Source: an uncultured Flavobacteriaceae bacterium (GTDB lineage: Bacteria > Bacteroidota > Bacteroidia > Flavobacteriales > Flavobacteriaceae). From it: a stretch of DNA of 64,000 bases. Numbering within the stretch: position 1 is the stretch's first letter; each line of letters opens with the position of its first letter. The notes below the pieces were generated by a model that worked only from the letters and a program-made list of their open reading frames with translations, had not been told where the DNA came from and made no database searches. Of this stretch, positions 59,148 through 64,000 are shown piece by piece. The DNA lies in NCBI GenBank assembly GCA_963793365.1, contig CAWBZP010000003.1, positions 275,698 to 339,697 of the forward strand. The letters are read 5' to 3'. The position numbers were made by a program, and so were the translations under genes.

Positions 59148-60521
59148 ATGAAGAAGACGGTTGTAATCAATGTAGTGGGGCTTACGAAACGATTGATAGG
59201 TGAACACACACCCTTCATTTCATCATTTTTGGAAAGGGGAAAGGCAACCTACATTAAGCCTATGTTACCTGCGGTTACCTGTGCGGTTCAATCAACTTAC
59301 GTTACGGGAAAGTGGCCTTCAGGACACGGTATCGTTGGCAATGGCTGGTATTTTAAGGAGGAGTGTGAGGTGAAATTTTGGAGGCAATCCAATAAGTTGG
59401 TACAGCAACCAAAAATTTGGGATGATTTAAAGGAACAGTATCCAGATTTTACCTGTGCCAATCATTTTTGGTGGTATAATATGTACTCCAATGTGGATTA
59501 TAGTATGACCCCGCGCCCCAATTATTTGGCAGATGGAAGAAAAATTCCGGATATCTATTCCCATCCCGCCGCGTTGCGCGATCAGATGCAGAAAGAGCTG
59601 GGCACTTTCCCGCTTTTTGAGTTCTGGGGGCCTAAAACGACCATAAATTCATCGAATTGGATCGCCAATGCCGCATTATTGACAGATAAAGAACACAATC
59701 CTGATCTTACGCTAATTTATCTGCCGCATTTAGATTATAATCTGCAACGCTATGGAATCGATTTTAATATCATTTCAAAGGATTTATCTGAAATAGATGC
59801 GGTAGTAAGGAAACTGGTAGCGCATTACGAACAAAAGGATACCCGGGTAATTTTACTTTCGGAATATGGAATTACAAATGTAAACAGACCTGTACATCTT
59901 AATCGATTATTGCGAAAGAACGGATTTATAAGTATTCGTGAAGAACGTGGATTGGAATTATTGGATGCGGGAGCGAGCGCTGCCTTTGCCGTTGCGGATC
60001 ATCAAGTGGCCCATGTTTATTGTAAGGATAAGACTAAAATAGAAGCTGTTGCAAGCCTTATCAAAAAAGAAAAGGGTGTGGAAAAAGTAGTGTACGGGGA
60101 AGATTTGAAGGCGGCTCATTTACAACACGAACGTTGTGGAGATATTGTCGTGGTTGCGGACAAGGATTCTTGGTTTACCTATTATTTTTGGTTGGATGAT
60201 TCCAAAGCACCGGATTACGCTAGGATGGTGGATATTCACAAGAAGCCCGGTTACGATCCCGTAGAAATGATGACAGATCCCAAAGACAAACTGGTAATGG
60301 CAAAAGTTGTTGGAAAATTATTGAAAAAGAAAGTAGGTTTTAGGACCGTTATGGATATTATTCCGCTGGATGCAAACTTAATAAAAGGTTCCCATGGCCG
60401 GTTGACAGAAGATCAAGATGACCATCCTATCCTTATAAGTAATTTTGGAGAGGGCATCAATAGCCCATCAATCGAAGCTACCGATGTGCGGGCTATTATA
60501 GAAAATCATCTGGTAAACTAA
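59148..60521 (+). CDS. eboF: Alkaline phosphatase / nucleotide pyrophosphatase superfamily protein (EboF)
   Basis: 457 aa; N-terminal VVINVVGLT...PAVTCAVQSTYVTG (nucleophile Thr region) and later HLDY and SHG metal-site-like motifs. Confidence 0.8.
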   Translation: MKKTVVINVVGLTKRLIGEHTPFISSFLERGKATYIKPMLPAVTCAVQSTYVTGKWPSGHGIVGNGWYFKEECEVKFWRQSNKLVQQPKIWDDLKEQYPDFTCANHFWWYNMYSNVDYSMTPRPNYLADGRKIPDIYSHPAALRDQMQKELGTFPLFEFWGPKTTINSSNWIANAALLTDKEHNPDLTLIYLPHLDYNLQRYGIDFNIISKDLSEIDAVVRKLVAHYEQKDTRVILLSEYGITNVNRPVHLNRLLRKNGFISIREERGLELLDAGASAAFAVADHQVAHVYCKDKTKIEAVASLIKKEKGVEKVVYGEDLKAAHLQHERCGDIVVVADKDSWFTYYFWLDDSKAPDYARMVDIHKKPGYDPVEMMTDPKDKLVMAKVVGKLLKKKVGFRTVMDIIPLDANLIKGSHGRLTEDQDDHPILISNFGEGINSPSIEATDVRAIIENHLVN

Positions 60522-60527
60522 GGCCTA

Positions 60528-60875
60528 ATGAATCAATTCTTTAAAGTTATAGGTTACGTGTTCGCCCTTTTGTTTGCAGTGGGCGCTGCGGTACAGTATA
60601 ATGATCCAGATTCCATGCTATGGATACTGATTTATTTGCTTGCAGCCCTAATCTCGCTAGTATTCGCCTTGGGTAGGCTAAAAGCTGCAATTCCGCTCAT
60701 TTTTGGGGTTTTGGCTTTGGTTGGTTTTTTGTTTCTCTACCCGACCGATTTTCAGGGTTTCGATTTAAATGATGGTGACATTGAAACGGTAGAGTTGGGA
60801 AGGGAAGCCTTTGGGCTTTTAATTATCGGTTTGGTCCTGTTGATTTTCGGTTTACGGTTAAAGCGAAAATCATAG
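60528..60875 (+). CDS. Small 4-TM membrane protein (TMEM220-like)
   Basis: 115 aa with four hydrophobic helices. It starts 6 nt after the eboF stop on the same strand. Confidence 0.6.
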   Translation: MNQFFKVIGYVFALLFAVGAAVQYNDPDSMLWILIYLLAALISLVFALGRLKAAIPLIFGVLALVGFLFLYPTDFQGFDLNDGDIETVELGREAFGLLIIGLVLLIFGLRLKRKS

Positions 60876-62705
60876 GTCCAGATCAAACTCCTTTCGAAGT
60901 AAATCGATAACTGGATTTTTTTCCCTTAATTTCTGATATTTCTCTTCCGGGGTAAATGCGAATTTTTTCGCACTTTCTTCATTTACCGTAATACTCAATT
61001 GAATGAAGTGGTTGTTCAATTTGGAACGTAAATATTCCATCAGTTCATACTGTTCCCGCTCTATTTCTTTTTTCATGGTGCCATTGGGCAGCTCAATATG
61101 AATGGTGAAATCATCTTTTAGTTTCGGAAGATCGGTATTGAGGTTTGAAGCAAGAATCTTTTGGCCGTTATCATCGATACGATTTACAAATGCGGCCCAA
61201 TGCAGTCGTAGTTCTTCTTGGGTAAACTTGGATTTAGGTAAATTATCCTCATCAATTACTACCTCAATTTTATTGAATTCATGTTCTTTCTTCGCTTTTA
61301 AACTTGAAATAGACAGCCCTGAAACACGCTTGTTGGCCACATTGATATTTATTTTTTTAGCGGTTTCTGGCGTACTAGGAGAGCTCTTTTCCTCTTGTTG
61401 CTGATTCTTAGGAGGTAGTGAGCTCTCAGGTATTGGTTCAACTGTAGGCTCCTTTTGGGTTTTTATTTCGATGGAGGGTTCAACGTGTTGGTTTACCTCA
61501 AGCCTACTTTTGTTTTGTTCAACTGGCTCCTTTGCGGGTGCAGTTTCTTTCAGCGGTACTTTGGGAAAGTCCTTGTAAAAGGACGCTGGAGCGATAAAAT
61601 CTATAGTTCTGTTATGAAGCGCTACCGATTCGGGATTTTTTTTTTCTCCATCAAAATCGATAGAGGCAAGTTTCATCAAGGTAAGTTCAACCAATAGCCG
61701 TTGATTTTTACTGGTCTTATACTTAAGGTCACAGTCATTTGAAATATCAAGGCCGCGTAATAAAAAGGAAGCAGAGGTCCGTGTGCTTTGGTCCCTGTAG
61801 AGCTGTTGTGCTGCTTCGCCAACCTCTAAAAGAAGTATAGTGTCAGGATGTTGACATACCATCAAATCCCGGAAATGCGATGCGAGACCAGAAATAAAAT
61901 GGTGCCCATCAAAACCTAAGGACAAGGTTCTATTGAAGAGCAGCAAAAGATTGGGAATATTGTGTTCCAAGATAAGATCGGTAGCTTCGAAATAGGTGTC
62001 ATAATCCAACACGTTCAAATTCTCCGTTACTGCCTTGCGGGTTAGTTCCTTTCCAGAAAAACTTACCACTCTATCAAAGATGGATAGCGCGTCGCGCATG
62101 GCACCATCCGCTTTTTGCGCAATAATGTGCAGTGCATCCTCTTCTGCATCAACACCTTGGTTTTCAGCGATATATTTTAAATATTCCGCAGCATCTTTTA
62201 CCGTAATACGCTTGAAATCAAATATTTGACACCTTGAGAGAATCGTAGGTATGATTTTATGCTTTTCAGTGGTTGCCAAAATAAAAATGGCGTGCTTTGG
62301 AGGCTCCTCCAAGGTCTTTAAAAATGCATTGAACGCAGATTGGGATAGCATGTGTACCTCATCGATAATGTACACCTTATACTTGCCAACCTGTGGGGGT
62401 ATGCGAACTTGATCGATTAGGTTTCTAATGTCGTCTACCGAGTTGTTGGATGCTGCATCCAACTCAAAAATATTGAATGCAAAATCCTCGTCCTCCCGTT
62501 CCGTACCATCTGCATTTATTTGTTTGGCCAAAATACGGGCACAGGTCGTTTTTCCTACACCCCTGGGTCCACAGAATAGGAGTGCTTGGGCCAAGTGGTT
62601 CTGGTCGATAGCATTTTGCAACGTATTCGTAATGGCCTGTTGGCCCACAACATCCTTAAATGTTTGGGGTCTATATTTTCGTGCCGATACAATGAATGGT
62701 TCCAA
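60870..62705 (-). CDS. dnaX: DNA polymerase III subunit gamma/tau
   Basis: 611 aa with Walker A GPRGVGKTT, Walker B IIDEVHML and sensor SRCQIF, followed by a Pro/Glu/Gln-rich linker and a C-terminal tau-type region. Confidence 0.95.
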   Translation of the reverse strand: MEPFIVSARKYRPQTFKDVVGQQAITNTLQNAIDQNHLAQALLFCGPRGVGKTTCARILAKQINADGTEREDEDFAFNIFELDAASNNSVDDIRNLIDQVRIPPQVGKYKVYIIDEVHMLSQSAFNAFLKTLEEPPKHAIFILATTEKHKIIPTILSRCQIFDFKRITVKDAAEYLKYIAENQGVDAEEDALHIIAQKADGAMRDALSIFDRVVSFSGKELTRKAVTENLNVLDYDTYFEATDLILEHNIPNLLLLFNRTLSLGFDGHHFISGLASHFRDLMVCQHPDTILLLEVGEAAQQLYRDQSTRTSASFLLRGLDISNDCDLKYKTSKNQRLLVELTLMKLASIDFDGEKKNPESVALHNRTIDFIAPASFYKDFPKVPLKETAPAKEPVEQNKSRLEVNQHVEPSIEIKTQKEPTVEPIPESSLPPKNQQQEEKSSPSTPETAKKININVANKRVSGLSISSLKAKKEHEFNKIEVVIDEDNLPKSKFTQEELRLHWAAFVNRIDDNGQKILASNLNTDLPKLKDDFTIHIELPNGTMKKEIEREQYELMEYLRSKLNNHFIQLSITVNEESAKKFAFTPEEKYQKLREKNPVIDLLRKEFDLDL

Positions 62706-62801
62706 AATTTGCTACAATTAGACAGATACAAATATAAATATAGCGCTTATTTTCTGAGCGATTTAAAAATAGAGATCATCCTTAGTTATCAACAATTGCA
62801 G

Positions 62802-62809
62802 TACATTTG
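62802..62809 (+). promoter_or_regulatory. Candidate -7 box (TACATTTG) of rnpB
   Basis: Matches TAnnTTTG and ends 3-5 nt before the first base of the P1 stem. Confidence 0.4.
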
Positions 62810-62811
62810 CG

Positions 62812-63108
62812 GCAGCAGGCCACCTTATCGCTCCCGTTAGTGGGAGAGGAAAGTCCGGACACCATAGTGCGGTATAGCGGGTAACGCCCGTCCACTGAAA
62901 AGTGAGGACAAGTGCAACAGAAAGCAAGTACAGTTAGGCTGTAGTGAAACCAGGTAAACTCTATACGGTGAAACGTCATGTAAATCGGTGTTTGAGGGCT
63001 GCACGCCCAAGCCGAAGGGTAGGCGGTTAGAGCATTGGGGCAACCCTTTGCCTAGATAAATGATAAGGGTCCGTGTTACGGAAACAGAATCCGGCTTACG
63101 GCCTGCTT
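62812..63108 (+). ncRNA. rnpB: RNase P RNA, bacterial type A
   Basis: Universal motifs GAGGAAAGTCCGGAC (62846-62860) and ACAGAATCCGGCTTA are present. The P1 stem pairs AGCAGGCC (62814..62821) with GGCCTGCT (63100..63107), followed by a T run. Confidence 0.9.
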
Positions 63109-63125
63109 TTTTTAATGAGGTAGCA

Positions 63126-63252
63126 ATTTCAAGTAAATTGCGTCCCCAAATTAACCCTGAGCGTAGCCGAAGGGTACTTTCAATTGCATCTTCTCAAATT
63201 TGATTTCAAGGAAATTGCGTCCCCGAATTAGCCCTGGGCTATGTCGAAAGGT
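63126..63252. repeat. Two ~50-nt direct repeats (REP-like) downstream of rnpB
   Basis: 63126..63175 and 63203..63252 match at 41 of 50 positions (ATTTCAAG-N-AAATTGCGTCCCC-N-AATTA-N-CCCTG...CGAA-N-GGT). A degenerate third copy lies near 63281..63330. Confidence 0.6.
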
Positions 63253-63407
63253 TTCGTAAATGCGCCTCTGGTAAGTTTGTTTCTCAAGGAAATGAGGGTA
63301 TCCCATAAAGTTAATCCTTACAAGAACCATATGGTATTGATTTCATAAAGTGGTATACAAACCAATTTGGCAAACCGTTCCGTAAATTAAGAAAGTAATA
63401 ATTTTAA

Positions 63408-63944
63408 CTAGCGTTTAAAAAAGCTAAAAACACTACCTCCATATTTTCGCGAGTTGTTGAAATGCGGGAGGTGTTCAAGCCCCGTTTTATTTGAGTGTTC
63501 TATAATTAAAACCCCATCCTCCAAAAGAAGGTCCTTTTCGAATACCAATTGGGGCAATTTTTCAAAATCCACCAAATCCATATCATAGAAAGGGTCTGCG
63601 AAAATGATATCGAATTGTGCTGTGTTTTGTTGTAAAAAGGTAAAAACATCGCTTTTCAGCGTACGAATATCCATGTCTAGCAGCGCTACCGTTTTGTCTA
63701 TAAATTGAATGCAACCCGCATGGGCATCAATGGCTAAAATAGACCCTACGCCCCTAGAAGAAAATTCATAACTGATATTTCCGGTACCGGCAAAAAGGTC
63801 AAGGACTTTTAAATCTGGGAAATAATACGTGTTATGGAGAATATTGAACAAGCCCTCCTTGGCCATGTCCTTGGTTGGCCTTACAGGTAGATTTTTGGGC
63901 GCAAGTAAGTTTCGCCCTTTATGTTTCCCCGAGATTATGCGCAT
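63408..63944 (-). CDS. rsmD: 16S rRNA (guanine966-N2)-methyltransferase RsmD
   Basis: 178 aa; RIISGKHKGRNL, SAM motif DLFAGTGNISYE and ADPFY. Confidence 0.9.
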   Translation of the reverse strand: MRIISGKHKGRNLLAPKNLPVRPTKDMAKEGLFNILHNTYYFPDLKVLDLFAGTGNISYEFSSRGVGSILAIDAHAGCIQFIDKTVALLDMDIRTLKSDVFTFLQQNTAQFDIIFADPFYDMDLVDFEKLPQLVFEKDLLLEDGVLIIEHSNKTGLEHLPHFNNSRKYGGSVFSFFKR

Positions 63945-64000
63945 TATATGGTGTTTATTAGTGTAAAATCTATAGTGTTGGAAATTGATTCCCCCAATTT

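Noticed and set aside
63126-63330. Direct repeats near rnpB as a CRISPR array.
   Set aside because: There are only two good copies, which are diverged (82% identity). The ~27-nt spacer does not fit a repeat-spacer array and no cas genes are nearby.
1-64000. tRNA genes, rRNA genes, riboswitches, transposases, toxin-antitoxin pairs and known defence systems.
   Set aside because: Scanning the intergenic regions by eye, I found no T-loop (GGTTCGAATCC-like) sequences and no rRNA signatures. No recognisable riboswitch cores lie upstream of the biosynthetic genes. No ORF has nuclease, helicase or methylase defence-type motifs.

Overview
This 64 kb window looks like a chromosomal segment of a Bacteroidota genome, most likely Flavobacteriaceae. 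Evidence is the many MKK-type or lipoprotein signal peptides, TAnnTTTG-type -7 boxes, tightly packed operons without obvious Shine-Dalgarno dependence, and the gene content. I support about 60 protein genes. Most are housekeeping: lon, rpsA, cmk, pyrR-pyrB, rnz, pdxH, ppk1, miaE, dnaX, lpdA, msrB, glgB, aroQ, xerD, rsmD and a type II NADH dehydrogenase. There is one clear RNase P RNA gene (rnpB) and several rho-independent terminators. I found no tRNA, rRNA, CRISPR array, transposase or prophage. The strongest candidate for an under-explored system is a complete, translationally packed eboA-F operon plus a seventh small membrane gene (54117..60875). It combines a UbiA prenyltransferase, a dehydroquinate-synthase-like cyclase, and TatD, TIM-barrel and phosphatase enzymes, and its product is chemically unknown. 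Second is a six-gene MoxR AAA+/DUF58 envelope module with a divergent RDD gene (6475..13396), which is not the classical Bat operon. Other points worth a second look: (1) an A10 slippery run in dnaX exactly at the domain III boundary, with stops close by in both shifted frames; (2) a frameshifted GCPII-like M28 peptidase at the left edge; (3) a GC-rich multi-hairpin element upstream of xerD that may be an ncRNA; (4) an ECF sigma/anti-sigma/DUF4097/GIN-domain operon; (5) divergent genes whose start codons overlap in a CATG; (6) REP-like palindromes and repeats. All calls come from reading the supplied translations and sequence; no database search was run.
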